Shown: positions 24,865-39,200 of the stretch, piece after piece
Position numbering within the stretch: the stretch's first letter is position 1
Layout of the letters: every line of letters starts with the position of its first letter
Assembly: GCA_964016885.1 (NCBI GenBank)
Contig: OZ024745.1
Coordinates: forward strand, 59,768,001 to 59,832,000
Source: Eledone cirrhosa
Lineage: Eukaryota
Length of the DNA stretch: 64,000 bases
Direction of reading: 5' to 3'
Position numbers and translations under genes: made by a program
The notes under the pieces: model-generated
The model's input: only the letters and a program-made list of their open reading frames with translations
Database searches by the model: none
Told to the model about the DNA's origin: nothing

Positions 24865-26973
24865 GACTTGGGGTGAAAACCTCGACTTGGAGTGAGAACC
24901 TCGACTTGGAGTGAGAACCTCGACTTGGAGTGAAAACCTCGACTTGGAGTGAGAACCTCGACTTGGAGTGAAAACCTCGACTTGGAGTGAGAACCTCGAC
25001 TTGGAGTGAGAACCTCGACTTGGAGTGAAAACCTCGACTTGGAGTGAAAACCTCGACTTGGAGTGAAAACCTCGACTTGGAGTGAGAACCTCGACTTGGA
25101 GTTAGAACCTCGACTTGGAGTGAGAACCTCGACTTGGAGTGAGAACCTCGACTTGCAGTGAAAACCTCGACTTGGAGTGAGAACCTCGACTTGGAGTGAG
25201 AACCTCGACTTGGAGTGAAAACCTCGACTTGGAGTGAAAACCTCGACTTGGAGTGAGAACCTCGACTTGGAGTGAAAACCTCGACTTGGAGTGAAAACCT
25301 CGACTTGGAGTGAAAACCTCGACTTGGAGTGAGAACCTCGACTTGGAGTGAAAACCTCGACTTGGAGTGAGAACCTCGACTTGGAGTGAAAACCTCGACT
25401 TGGAGTGAGAACCTCGACTTGGAGTGAGAACCTCGACTTGGAGTGAAAACCTCGTCTTGGAGTGAGAACCTCGACTTGGAGTGAGAACGTCGACTTGGAG
25501 TGAGAACCTCGACTTGGAGTGAAAACCTCGACTTGGAGTGAAAACCTCGACTTGGAGTGAGAACCTCGACTTGGAGTGAAAACCTCGATTTGGAGTGAAA
25601 ACCTCGACTTGGAGTGAAAACCTCGACTTGGAGTGAAAACCTCGACTTGGAGTGAGAACCTCGACTTGGAGTGAAAACCTCGACTTGGAGTGAGAACCTC
25701 GACTTGGAGTGAAAACTTCGACTTGGAGTGAGAACCTCGACTTGGAGTGAGAACCTCGACTTGGAGTGAGAACCTCGACTTGGAGTGAAAACCTCGACTT
25801 GGAGTGAGAACCTCGACTTGGAGTTAAAACCTCGACTTGGAGTGAGAACCTCGACTTGGAGTGAAAACCTCGACTTGGAGTGAGAACCTCGACTTGGAGT
25901 GAGAACCTCGACTTGGAGTGAAAACCTCGACTTGGAGTGAGAACCTCGACTTGGAGTGAAAACCTCGACTTGGAGTGAGAACCTCGACTTGGAGTGAAAA
26001 CCTCGACTTGGAGTGAGAACCTCGACTTGGAGTGAAAACCTCGACTTGGAGTGAAAACCTCGACTTGGAGTGAGAACCTCGACTTGGAGTGGAAACCTCG
26101 ACTTGGAGTGAAAACCTCGACTTGGAGTGAAAACCTCGACTTGGAGTGAGAACCTCGACTTGGAGTGAGAACCTCGACTTGGAGTGAGAACCTCGACTTG
26201 GAGTGAAAACCTCGACTTGGAGTGAGAACCTCGACTTGGAGTGAGAACCTCGATTTGGAGTGAAAACCTCGACTTGGAGTGAGAACCTCGACTTGGAGTG
26301 AAAACCTCGACTTGGAGTGAAAACCTCGACTTGGAGTGAAAACCTCGACTTGAAGTGAAAACCTCGACTTGGAGTGAGAACCTCGACTTGGAGTGACAAC
26401 CTCGACTTGGAGTGACAACCTCGACTTGGAGTGACAACCTCGACTTGGAGTGAGAACCACGACTTGGAGTGAAAACCTCGACTTGGAGTGAGAACCACGA
26501 CTTGGAGTGAAAACCTCGACTTGGAGTGAGAACCTCGACTTGGAGTGAAAACCTCGACTTGGAGTGAAAACCTCGACTTGGAATGAGAACCTCGACTTGG
26601 AGTGAGAACCTCGACTTGGAATGAGAACCTCGACTTGGAGTGAGAACCTCGACTTGGAGTGAGAACCTCGACTTGGAGTGTAAACTGCGACTCTGAGTGA
26701 AAACCTCGACTTGGAGTGAGAACCTCGACTTGGAGTGAAAACCTCGACTTGGAGTGAGAACCTCGACTTGGAGTGAAAACCTCGACTTGGAGTGAGAACC
26801 TCGACTTGGAGTGAAAACCTCGACTTGGAGTCAGAACCTCGGCTTGGAGTCAGAACCTCGACTTGGAGTGAAAACCTCGACTTGGAGTGAAAACCTCGAC
26901 TTGGAGTGAAAACCTCGACTTGGAGTGAGAACCTCGACTTGGAGTGAGAACCTCGACTTGGAGTGAAAACCTC

Positions 26974-27372
26974 GACTTGGAGTGTAAACTGCGACTTGGA
27001 GTGTAAACTGCGACTTGGAGTGTAATGTACAACTTGGAGCATAATGTACAACTTGGAGCATAATGTACGACTTGGAGCATAATGTACGACTTAGAGTGTA
27101 ATGTAGGACTTAGAGTGTAATGTAGGACTTAGAGTGTAATGTAGGACTTAGAGTGTAATGTAGGACTTAGAGTGTAATGTAGGACTAGGAGCATAATGTA
27201 GGACTAGGAGCATAATGTACGACTTGGAGTGTAATGTAGGACTTGGAGTGTAAACTGCGAGTTGAAATATAAATTGCGACTTGGATAGTAAACCTTGACT
27301 TGCAGTGTATTGAACAACTTGGGGTGTATACTGCGGCTTGGAGTGTAAACTGCGGCTCCGAATATAAACCAC
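26974..27372 (+). repeat. Cassette 9 (21 monomers; right-truncated, lacks the palindrome; GATAGT haplotype)
   Basis: Ends at the chimeric monomer GGCTCCGAATATAAACCAC, then canonical array resumes. Confidence 0.93.
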
Positions 27373-30088
27373 GACTTGGAGTGAAAACCTCGACTTGGAG
27401 TGAGAACCTCGACTTGGAGTGAAAACCTCGACTTGGAGTGAAAACCTCGACTTGGAATGAGAACCTCGACTTGGAGTGAGAACCTCGACTTGGAGTGAGA
27501 ACCTCGACTTGGAGTGAGAACCTCGACTTGCAGTGAAAACCTCGACTTGGAGTGAGAACCTCGACTTGGAGTGAGAACCTCGACTTGGAGTGAAAACCTC
27601 GACTTGGAGTGAAAACCTCGACTTGGAGTGAGAACCTCGACTTGGAGTGAAAACGTCGACTTGGAGTGAAAACCTCGACTTGGAGTGAAAACCTCGACTT
27701 GGAGTGAAAACCTCGACTTGGAGTGAGAACCTCGACTTGGAGTGAAAACCTCGACTTGGAGTGAGAACCTCGACTTGGAGTGAAAACCTCGACTTGGAGT
27801 GAGAACCTCGACTTGGAGTGAAAACCTCGTCTTGGAGTGAGAACCTCGACTTGGAGTGAGAACCTCGACTTGGAGTGGAAACCTCGACTTGGAGTGAAAA
27901 CCTCGACTTGGAGTGAGAACCTCGACTTGGAGTGAGAACCTCGACTTGGAGTGACAACCTCGACTTGGAGTGAAAACCTCGACTTGGAGTGAGAACCACG
28001 ACTTGGAGTGGAAACCTCGACTTGGAGTGGAAACCTCGACTTGGAGTGAGAACCTCGACTTGGAGTGAGAACCTCGACTTGGAGTGAAAACCTCGACTTG
28101 GAGTGAAAACCTCGACTTGGAGTGAAAACCTCGACTTGGAGTGAGAACCTCGACTTGGAGTGAGAACCTCGACTTGGACTGAGAACCTCGACTTTGAGTG
28201 AAAACCTCGACTTGGAGAGAGAACCTCGACTTGGAGTGAGAACCTCGACTTTGAGTGAGAACCTCGACTTTGAGTGAGAACCTCGACTTTGAGTGAAAAC
28301 CTCGACTTGGAGTGAGAACCTCGACTTGGAGTGAAAACCTCGACTTGGAGTGAAAACCTCGACTTGGAGTGGAAACCTCGACTTGGAGTGGAAACCTCGA
28401 CTTGGAGTGGAAACCTCGACTTGGAGTGAGAACCTCGACTTGGAGTGAGAACCTCGACTTGGAGTGAGAACCTCGACTTGGAGTGAGAACCTCGACTTGG
28501 AGTGGAAACCTCGACTTGGAGTGAGAACCTCGACTTGGAGTGAGAACCTCGACTTGGAGTGAGAACCTCGACTTGGAGTGAAAACCTCGACTTGGAGTGA
28601 GAACCTCGACTTGGAGTGAAAACCTCGACTTGGAGTGAGAACCTCGACTTGGAGTGAAAACCTCGACTTGGAGTGGAAACCTCGACTTGGAGTGGAAACC
28701 TCGACTTGGAGTGGAAACCTCGACTTGGAGTGAGAACCTCGACTTGGAGTGAGAACCTCGACTTGGAGTGAGAACCTCGACTTGGAGTGAGAACCTCGAC
28801 TTGGAGTGGAAACCTCGACTTGGAGTGAGAACCTCGACTTGGAGTGAGAACCTCGACTTGGAGTGAGAACCTCGACTTGGAGTGAAAACCTCGACTTGGA
28901 GTGAGAACCTCGACTTGGAGTGAAAACCTCGACTTGGAGTGAGAACCTCGACTTGGAGTGAAAACCTCGACTTGGAGTGAGAACCTCGACTTGGAGTGAG
29001 AACCTCGACTTTGAGTGAAAACCTCGACTTGGAGTGAGAACCTCGACTTGGAGTGAAAACCTCGACTTGGAGTGAAAACCTCGACTTGGAGTGAGAACCT
29101 CGACTTGGAGTGGAAACCTCGACTTGGAGTGAAAACCTCGATTTGGAGTGAGAACCTCGACTTGGAGTGAGAACCTCGACTTGGAGTGAAAACCTCGACT
29201 TGGAGTGAGAACCTCGACTTGGAGTGAAAACCTCGACTTGGAGTGAGAACCTCGACTTGGAGTGAGAACCTCGACTTGGAGTGGGAACCTCGACTTGGAG
29301 TGAGAACCTCGACTTGGAGTGAGAACCTCGACTTGGAGTGAAAACATCGACTTGGAGTGAAAACCTCGACTTGGAGAGAGAACCTCGACTTGGAGTGAGA
29401 ACCTCGACTTGGAGTGAGAACCTCGACTTGGAGTTAAAACCTCGACTTGGAGTGAGAACCTCGACTTGGAGTGAAAACCTCGACTTGGAGTGAGAACCTC
29501 GACTTGGAGTGAGAACCTCGACTTGGAGTGAAAACCTCGACTTGGAGTGAAAACCTCGACTTGGAGAGAGAACCTCGACTTGGAGTGAGAACCTCGACTT
29601 GGAGTGAGAACCTCGATTTTGAGTGAAAACCTCGACTTGGAGTGAGAACCTCGACTTGGAGTGAAAACCTCGACTTGGAGTGAGAAACCTCGACTTGGAG
29701 TGAAAACCTCGACTTGGAGTGAAAACCTCGACTTGGAGTGAGAACCTCGACTTGGAGTGGAAACCTCGACTTGGAGTGAAAACCTCGACTTGGAGTAAGA
29801 ACCTCGACTTGGAGTGAGAACCTCGACTTGGAGTGACAACCTCGACTTGGAGTGAAAACCTCGACTTGGAGTGAGAACCACGACTTGGAGTGGAAACCTC
29901 GACTTGGAGTGGAAACCTCGACTTGGAGTGAGAACCTCGACTTGGAGTGAGAACCTCGACTTGGAGTGAAACCTCGACTTGGAGTGAAAACCTCGACTTG
30001 GAGTGAAGAACCTCGACTTGGAGTGAGAACCTCGACTTGGAGTGAGAACCTCGACTTGGAGTGAGAACCTCGACTTTGAGTGAAAACC

Positions 30089-30288
30089 NNNNNNNNNNNN
30101 NNNNNNNNNNNNNNNNNNNNNNNNNNNNNNNNNNNNNNNNNNNNNNNNNNNNNNNNNNNNNNNNNNNNNNNNNNNNNNNNNNNNNNNNNNNNNNNNNNNN
30201 NNNNNNNNNNNNNNNNNNNNNNNNNNNNNNNNNNNNNNNNNNNNNNNNNNNNNNNNNNNNNNNNNNNNNNNNNNNNNNNNNNNNNNNN
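30089..30288. other. Assembly gap of exactly 200 N (fixed-size scaffolding placeholder; true length unknown)
   Basis: Run of N from 30089 to 30288. A round length is typical of scaffolder joins. Confidence 0.98.
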
Positions 30289-33200
30289 AATGTGTACCCT
30301 CGACTTGGATGTGAGAACCTCGACTTGGAGTGAGAACCTCGACTTGGAGTGTAAACTGCGACTTGGATTGAAAACCTCGACTTGGAGTGAAATCCTCGAC
30401 TTAGAGTGAAAAACTCGACTTGGAGTGAGAACCTCGACTTGGAGTGAAAACCCGACTTGGAGTGGAAAACCTCGACTTGAGTGAAAACCTCGACTTGGTG
30501 GTGAGAACCTCGACTTGGAGTGAAAAACCTCGACCGTGGAGTGAGACCGCGACTTGGAGTGAAACACTCGGACTTGGAGTGAGAACCGCGACTTGTAGTG
30601 AAAACCTCGACTTGGAGTGAGAACCTCGACTTGGAGTGACAACCCTCGACTGGAGTGAAAACCTCGACTTGGAGTGAGAACCTCGACTTGGAGTGAAAAC
30701 CTCGACTTGGAGTGAAAACCTCGACTTGGAGTGAAAACCTCGACTTGGAGTGAAAAACTCGACTTGGAGTGAGAACCTCGACTTGGGTGAAAACCTCGAC
30801 TTGGAGTGAGAACCTCGACTTGGAGTGAAAAACCTCGACTTGAGTGAGAACCTCGACTTGGAGTGAAAACCTCGACTTGGAGTGAAACCTCGACTTGGAG
30901 GGAAAACCTCGACTTGGAGTGAGAACCCTAGACTTGGAGTGAGAAACCTCGACTTGGAGTGAAAACCTCGACTTGGAGTGAAAACTCGACTTGGAGTGAA
31001 AACCTCGACATGGAGTGAAAACCTCGACTTGGAGTGAAAACCTCGACTTGGAGTGAGAACCCTCGACTTGGAGTGAAAACCTCGACTTGGAGTGAGAACC
31101 GCGACTTGGAGTGAAACCTCGACTTGGAGTGAGAACCTCGACTGAGTGAAACTCGACTTGGAGTGACAACCTCGACTTGGAGTGAGAACCTCGACTTGGA
31201 GTGAACCTCGACTTGAGTGACAACCCTCGACTTGGAGTGAAAACCTCGACTTGGAGTGAGAACCTCGACTTGGAGTGAAAACCTCGACTTGGAGTAGAAA
31301 CCTCGACTTGGAGTGAAAACCTCGACTTGGAGTGAGAACCTCGACTTGGGGTGAAAACCTCGACTTGGAGTGAGAACCTCGACTTGAGTGAGAACCTCGA
31401 CTTGGAGTGAAAACTGCGACTTGGAGTGAAAGACCTCGACTTGGAGTGAAAACCTCGACTTAGAGTGAAAACCTCGACTTGGAGTGAACCTCGACTTGGA
31501 GTGAAAACCTCGACTGGAGTGAAACCTCGAATTGGAGTGAAAACCTCGACTTGGAGTGAGAACCTCGACTTGGAGTGAAAACCTCGACTTGGAGTGAGAA
31601 CCGCGACTTGGAGTGAAAACCTCGACTTGGAGTGAGAACCTCGACTTGGAGTGAAAACCTCGACTTGGAGTGACAACCTCGACTTGGAGTGAAAACCTCG
31701 ACTTGGAGTGAGAACCTCGACTTGGAGTGAAAACCTCGACTTGGAGTGAGAACTCGACTTGGAGTGAAAAACCTCGACTTGGAGTGACAACCTCGACTTG
31801 GAGTGAGAACCTCGACTTGGAGTGAGCAACCTCGACTTGGAGTGAAAACCTCGACTTGGAGTGAAAACCTCGACTTGGAGTGAAACCTCGACTTGGAGTG
31901 AAACCTCGACTTGAGGAGAACCTCGACTTGGGTGAAAACCTCGACTTGGAGTGAGAACCTCGACTTGGAGTGAGAACCTCGACTTGTGAGTGAAACCTCG
32001 ACTTGGAGTGAAAACCTCGACTTGGAGTGAGGAACCTCGACTTGGAGTGAAAACCTCGACTTGGAGTGAAAACCTCCGACTTGGAGTGAGAACCTCGACT
32101 TGGAGTGAGAACCTCGACTTGGAGTGAAAACCTCGACTTGGAGTGAAAACCTCGACTTGGAGTGAAAACCTCGACTTGGAGTGAGAACTCGACTTGGAGT
32201 GAAAACCTCGACTTGGAGTGAAGAACCTCGACTTGGAGTGAAAACCTCGACTTGGAGTGAAGAACCTCGACTTGGAGTGAAAACCTCGACTTGGAGTGAG
32301 AACCTCGACTTGGAGTGAAAACCTCGACTTGAGTGAGAACCTCGACTTGGAGTGAGAACCTCGACTTGGAGTGAAAACCTCGACTTGGAGTGAAAACCTC
32401 GACTTGGAGTGAAACCTCGACTTGGAGTAGAACCTCGGACTGGAGTGAGAACCTCGACTTGGGAGTGAGAACCTCGACTTGGAGTGAAAACCTCGACTTG
32501 GAGTGAAACCTCGACTTGGAGTGAGAACCTCGACTTGAGTGAGAACCTCGACTTGGAGTGAGAACTCGACTTGGAGTGAGAACCTCGACTTGGAGTGAGA
32601 ACCTCGACTTGGAGTGAGAACCTCGACTTGGAGTGAAAACCTCGACTTGGAGTGAAAACTCGACTTGGAGTGAAAACCTCGACTTGGAGTGAAAACCTCG
32701 ACTTGGAGTGAGAACCTCGACTTGGAGTGAGAACCTCGACTTGGAGTGAGAACCTCGACTTGGAGTGAAAACCTCGACTTGGAGTGAGAACCTCGACTTG
32801 GAGTGAGAACCTCGACTTGGAGTGAGAACCTCGACTTGGAGTGAGAACCTCGACTTGGAGTGGAAACCTCGACTTGGAGTGGAAACCTCGACTTGGAGTG
32901 GAAACCTCGACTTGGAGTGGAAACCTCGACTTGGAGTGAGAACCTCGACTTGGAGTGAGAACCTCGACTTGGAGTGAGTACCTCGACTTGGAGTGAAAAC
33001 CTCCGACTTGGAGTGAGAACCTCGACTTGGAGTGAAAACCTCGACTTGGAGTGAGAACCTCGAATTGAGTGAAAACCTCGACTTGGAGTGAAAACCTCGA
33101 CTTGGAGTGAGAACCTCGACTTGGAGTGAGAACCTCGACTTGGAGTGAGAACCTCGACTTGGAGTGAAAACCTCGACTTGGAGTGAAAACCTCGACTTGG

Positions 33201-36200
33201 AGTGAGAACCTCGACTTGGAGTGAGAACCTCGACTTGGAGTGAAAACCTCGACTTGGAGTGAAAACCTCGACTTGGAGTGAGAACCTCGACTTGGAGTGA
33301 AAACCTCGACTTGGAGTGAGAACCTCGACTTGGAGTGAGAACCTCGACTTGGAGTGAGAACCTCGACTTGGAGTGAAAACCTCGACTTGGAGTGAGAACC
33401 TCGACTTGGAGTGAAAACCTCGACTTGGAGTGACAACCTCGACTTGGAGTGAGAACCTCGACTTGGAGTGAGAACCTCGACTTGGAGTGAAAACCTCGAC
33501 TTGGAGTGAGAACCTCGACTTGGAGTGAGAACCTCGACTTGGAGTGAAAACCTCGACTTGGAGTTAGAACTTCGACTTGGAGTGAAAACCTCGACTTGGA
33601 GTGAGAACCTCGACTTGGAGTGAAAACCTCGACTTGGAGTGAAAACCTCGACTTGGAGTGAGAACCTCGACTTGGAGTGAGAACCTCGACTTGGAGTGAA
33701 AACCTCGACTTGGAGTGAAAACCTCGACTTGGAGTGAAAACCTCGACTTGGAGTGAAAACCTCGACTTGGAGTGAGAACCTCGACTTGGAGTGAAAACCT
33801 CGACTTGGAGTGAGAACCGCGACTTGGAGTGAAAACCTCGACTTGGAGTGAGAACCTCGACTTGGAGTGAAAACCTCGACTTGGTGTGCAACCTCGACTT
33901 GGAGTGAGAACCTCGACTTGGAGTGAGAACCTCGACTTGGAGTGACAACCTCGACTTGGAGTGGAAAACCTCGACTTGGAGTGAGAACCTCGACTTGGAG
34001 TGAAAACCTCGACTTGGAGTGAGAACCTCGACTTGGAGTGAAAACCTCGACTTGGAGTGAAAACCTCGACTTGGAGTGAAAACCTCGACTTGGAGTGAGA
34101 ACCTCGACTTGGGGTGAAAACCTCGACTTGGAGTGAGAACCTCGACTTGAGTGAGAACCTCGACTTGGAGTGTAAACTGCGACTTGGAGTGAAAACCTCG
34201 ACTTGGAGTGAAAACCTCGACTTAGAGTGAAAACCTCGACTTGGAGTGAGAACCTCGACTTGGAGTGAAAACCTCGACTGGAGTGAGAACCTCGACTTGG
34301 AGTGAGAACCTCGACTTGGAGTGAAAACCTCGACTTGGAGTGAAAACCTCGACTTGGAGTGAAAACCTCGACTTGGAGTGAAAACCTCGACTTGGAGTGA
34401 AAACCTCGACTTGGAGTGAAAACCTCGACTTGGAGTGAGAAACTCGACTTGGAGTGAAAACCTCGACTTGGAGTGAGAACCGCGACTTGGAGTGAAAACC
34501 TCGACTTGGAGTGAGAACCTCGACTTGGAGTGAAAACCTCGACTTGGAGTGACAACCTCGACTTGGAGTGAGAACCTCGACTTGGAGTGAGAACCTCGAC
34601 TTGGAGTGACAACCTCGACTTGAGTGAGAACCTCGACTTGGAGTGACAACCTCGACTTGGAGTGAAAACCTCGACTTGGAGTGAAAACCTCGACTTGGAG
34701 TGAAAACCTCGACTTGGAGTGAGAACCTCGACTTGGGGTGAAAACCTCGACTTGGAGTGAGAACCTCGACTTGGAGTGAGAACCTCGACTTGGAGTGTAA
34801 ACTGCGACTTGGAGTGAAAACCTCGACTTGGAGTGAAAACCTCGACTTAGAGTGAAAACCTCGACTTGGAGTGAGAACCTCGACTTGGAGTGAAAACCTC
34901 GACTTGGAGTGAGAACCTCGACTTGGAGTGAAAACCTCGACTTGGAGTGAAAACCTCGACTTGGAGTGAAAACCTCGACTTGGAGTGAGAACCGCGACTT
35001 GGAGTGAAAACCTCGACTTGGAGTGAGAACCTCGACTTGTAGTGAAAACCTCGACTTGGAGTGAGAACCTCGACTTGGAGTGACAACCTCGACTTGGAGT
35101 GAAAACCTCGACTTGGAGTGAGAACCTCGACTTGGAGTGAAAACCTCGACTTGGAGTGAGAACCTCGACTTGGAGTGAAAACCTCGACTTGGAGTGAAAA
35201 CCTCGACTTGGAGTGAAAACCTCGACTTGGAGTGAAAACCTCGACTTGGAGTGAGAAACCTCGACTTGGGGTGAAAACCTCGACTTGGAGTGAGAACCTC
35301 GACTTGGAGTGAAAACCTCGACTTGGAGTGAGAACCTCGACTTGGAGTGAAAACCTCGACTTGGAGTGAGAACCTCGACTTGGAGGGAAAACCTCGACTT
35401 GGAGTGAGAACCTAGACTTGGAGTGAAAACCTCGACTTGGAGTGAAAACCTCGACTTGGAGTGAAAACCTCGACTTGGAGTGAAAACCTCGACTTGGAGT
35501 GAAAACCTCGACTTGGAGTGAAAACCTCGACTTGGAGTGAGAACCTCGACTTGGAGTGAAAACCTCGACTTGGAGTGAGAACCGCGACTTGGAGTGAAAA
35601 CCTCGACTTGGAGTGAGAACCTCGACTTGGAGTGAAAACCTCGACTTGGAGTGACAACCTCGACTTGGAGTGAGACCTCGACTTGGAGTGAGAAACCTCG
35701 ACTTGGAGTGACAACCTCGACTTGGAGTGAAAACCTCGACTTGGAGTGAGAACCTCGACTTGGAGTGAAAACCTCGACTTGGAGTGAAAACCTCGACTTG
35801 GAGTGAAAACCTCGACTTGGAGTGAGAACCTCGACTTGGGGTGAAAACCTCGACTTGGAGTGAGAACCTCGACTTGGAGTGAGAACCTCGACTTGGAGTG
35901 TAAACTGCGACTTGGAGTGAAAACCTCGACTTGGAGTGAAAACCTCGACTTAGAGTGAAAACCTCGACTTGGAGTGAGAACCTCGACTTGGAGTGAAAAC
36001 CTCGACTTGGAGTGAAAACCTCGAATTGGAGGTGAAAACCTCGACTTGGAGTGAGAACCTCGACTTGGAGTGAAAACCTCGACTTGGAGTGAGAACCGCG
36101 ACTTGGAGTGAAAACCTCGACTTGGAGTGAGAACCTCGACTTGGAGTGAAACCTCGACTTGGAGTGACAACCTCGACTTAGAGTGAAAACTCGACTTGGA

Positions 36201-39200
36201 GTGAGAACCGCGACTTGGAGTGAAAACCTCGACTTGGAGTGAGAACCTCGACTTGGAGTGAAAACCTCGACTTGGAGTGACAACCTCGACTTGGAGTGAG
36301 AACCTCGACTTGGAGTGACAACCTCGACTTGGAGTGAAAACCTCGACTTGGAGTGAAAACCTCGACTTGGAGTGAAAACCTCGACTTGGAGTGAAAACCT
36401 CGACTTGGAGTGAGAACCTCGACTTGGGGTGAAACCTCGACTTGGAGTGAGAACCTCGACTTGGAGTGAAAACCTCGACTTGGAGTGAGAACCTCGACTT
36501 GGAGTGAAAACCTCGACTTGGAGTGAGAACCTCGACTTGGAGTGAAAACCTCGACTTGGAGTGAAAACCTCGACTTGGAGTGAGAACCTCGACTTGGAGT
36601 GAGAACCTCGACTTGGAGTGAAAACCTCGACTTGGAGTGAAAAACCTCGACTTGGAGTGAAAACCTCGACTTGGAGTGAAAACCTCGACTTGGAGTGAAA
36701 ACCTCGACTTGGAGTGAGAACCTCGACTTGGAGTGAAAACCTCGACTTGGAGTGAGAACCTCGACTTGGAGTGAGAACCTCGACTTGGAGTGAGAACCTC
36801 GACTTGGAGTGAAAACTCGACTTGGAGTGAAACCTCGACTTGGAGTGAAAACCTCGACTTGGAGTGAGAACCTCGACTTGGAGTGAAAACCTCGACTTGG
36901 AGTGAGAACCTCGACTTGGAGTGAAAACCTCGACTTGGAGTGAGAACCTCGACTTGGAGTGAGAACCTCGACTTGGAGTGAAAACCTCGACTTGGAGTGA
37001 AAACCTCGACTTGGAGTGAAAACCTCGACTTGGAGTGAGAACCTCGACTTGGAGTGAGAACCTCGACTTGGAGTGAGAACCTCGACTTGGAGTGAAAACC
37101 TCGACTTGGAGTGAGAACCTCGACTTGGAGTGAGAACCTCGACTTGGAGTGAGAACCTCGACTTGGAGTGAGAACCTCGACTTGGAGTGAAAACCTCGAC
37201 TTGGAGTGAAAACCTCGACTTGGAGTGAAAACCTCGACTTGGAGTGAAACCTCGACTTGGAGTGAGAACCTCGACTTGGAGTGAGAACCTCGACTTGGAG
37301 TGAGAACCTCGACTTGGAGTGAGAACCTCGACTTGGAGTGAGAACCTCGACTTGGAGTGAGAACCTCGACTTGGAGTGAGAACCTCGACTTGGAGTGAGA
37401 ACCTCGACTTGGAGTGGAAACCTCGACTTGGAGTGAAACCTCGACTTGGAGTGAAACCTCGACTTGGAGTGGAAACCTCGACTTGGAGTGAGAACCTCGA
37501 CTTGGAGTGAGAACCTCGACTTGGAGTGAGTACCTCGACTTGGAGTGAAAACCTCGACTTGGAGTGAGAACCTCGACTTGGAGTGAAAACCTCGACTTGG
37601 AGTGAGAACCTCGAATTGGAGTGAAAACCTCGACTTGGAGTGAAAACCTCGACTTGGAGTGAGAACCTCGACTTGGAGTGAGAACCTCGACTTGGAGTGA
37701 GAACCTCGACTTGGAGTGAAAACCTCGACTTGGAGTGAAAACCTCGACTTGGAGTGAGAACCTCGACTTGGAGTGAGAACCTCGACTTGGAGTGAAAACC
37801 TCGACTTGGAGTGAAAACCTCGACTTGGAGTGAGAACCTCGACTTGGAGTGAAAACCTCGACTTGGAGTGAGAACCTCGACTTGGAGTGAGAACCTCGAC
37901 TTGGAGTGAGAACCTCGACTTGGAGTGAAAACCTCGACTTGGAGTGAGAACCTCGACTTGGAGTGAAAACCTCGACTTGGAGTGACAACCTCGACTTGGA
38001 GTGAGAACCTCGACTTGGAGTGAGAACCTCGACTTGGAGTGAAAACCTCGACTTGGAGTGAGAACCTCGACTTGGAGTGAGAACCTCGACTTGGAGTGAA
38101 AACCTCGACTTGGAGTTAGAACTTCGACTTGGAGTGAAAACCTCGACTTGGAGTGAGAACCTCGACTTGGAGTGAAAACCTCGACTTGGAGTGAAAACCT
38201 CGACTTGGAGTGAGAACCTCGACTTGGAGTGAGAACCTCGACTTGGAGTGAAAACCTCGACTTGGAGTGAAAACCTCGACTTGGAGTGAAAACCTCGACT
38301 TGGAGTGAAAACCTCGACTTGGAGTGAGAACCTCGACTTGGAGTGAAAACCTCGACTTGGAGTGAGAACCGCGACTTGGAGTGAAAACCTCGACTTGGAG
38401 TGAGAACCTCGACTTGGAGTGAAAACCTCGACTTGGAGTGACAACCTCGACTTGGAGTGAGAACCTCGACTTGGAGTGAGAACCTCGACTTGGAGTGACA
38501 ACCTCGACTTGGAGTGAAAACCTCGACTTGGAGTGAGAACCTCGACTTGGAGTGAAAACCTCGACTTGGAGTGAAAACCTCGACTTGGAGTGAAAACCTC
38601 GACTTGGAGTGAGAACCTCGACTTGGGGTGAAAACCTCGACTTGGAGTGAGAACCTCGACTTGGAGTGAGAACCTCGACTTGGAGTGTAAACTGCGACTT
38701 GGAGTGAAAACCTCGACTTGGAGTGAAAACCTCGACTTAGAGTGAAAACCTCGACTTGGAGTGAGAACCTCGACTTGGAGTGAAAACCTCGACTTGGAGT
38801 GAGAACCTCGACTTGGAGTGAGAACCTCGACTTGGAGTGAAAACCTCGACTTGGAGTGAAAACCTCGACTTGGAGTGAGAACCTCGACTTGGAGTGAGAA
38901 CCTCGACTTGGAGTGAGAACCTCGACTTGGAGTGAAAACCTCGACTTGGAGTGAAAACCTCGACTTGGAGTGAAAACCTCGACTTGGAGTGAGAACCTCG
39001 ACTTAGAGTGAGAACCTCGACTTGGAGTGAAAACCTCGACTTGGAGTGAGAACCTCGACTTGGAGTGAAAACCTCGACTTGGAGTGAAAACCTCGACTTG
39101 GAGTGAGAACCTCGACTTGGAGTGAAAACCTCGACTTGGAGTGAGAACCTCGACTTGGAGTGAGAACCTCGACTTGGAGTGAGAACCTCGACTTGGAGTG

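Larger units (their letters stand above)
1..30088 (+). repeat. 19-bp tandem satellite array GACTTGGAGTGA[A/G]AACCTC, left contig, with interspersed diverged-monomer cassettes
   Basis: Monomer is directly readable throughout, head-to-tail, with no inversion. A/G dimorphism at monomer position 13. A TCGA/CpG forms at each canonical monomer junction. Confidence 0.99.

Noticed and set aside
30061-30409. Plus-strand ORFs spanning the N run, and the 70-aa plus ORF at 18356-18568
   Set aside because: The first are open only because N is untranslatable. The second is open only because GGAAACC variants remove TGA in one frame by chance.
30289-33100. Apparent highly diverged satellite subfamily
   Set aside because: The differences are sporadic single-base indels that decay with distance from the contig end, which is typical of consensus error rather than evolution.
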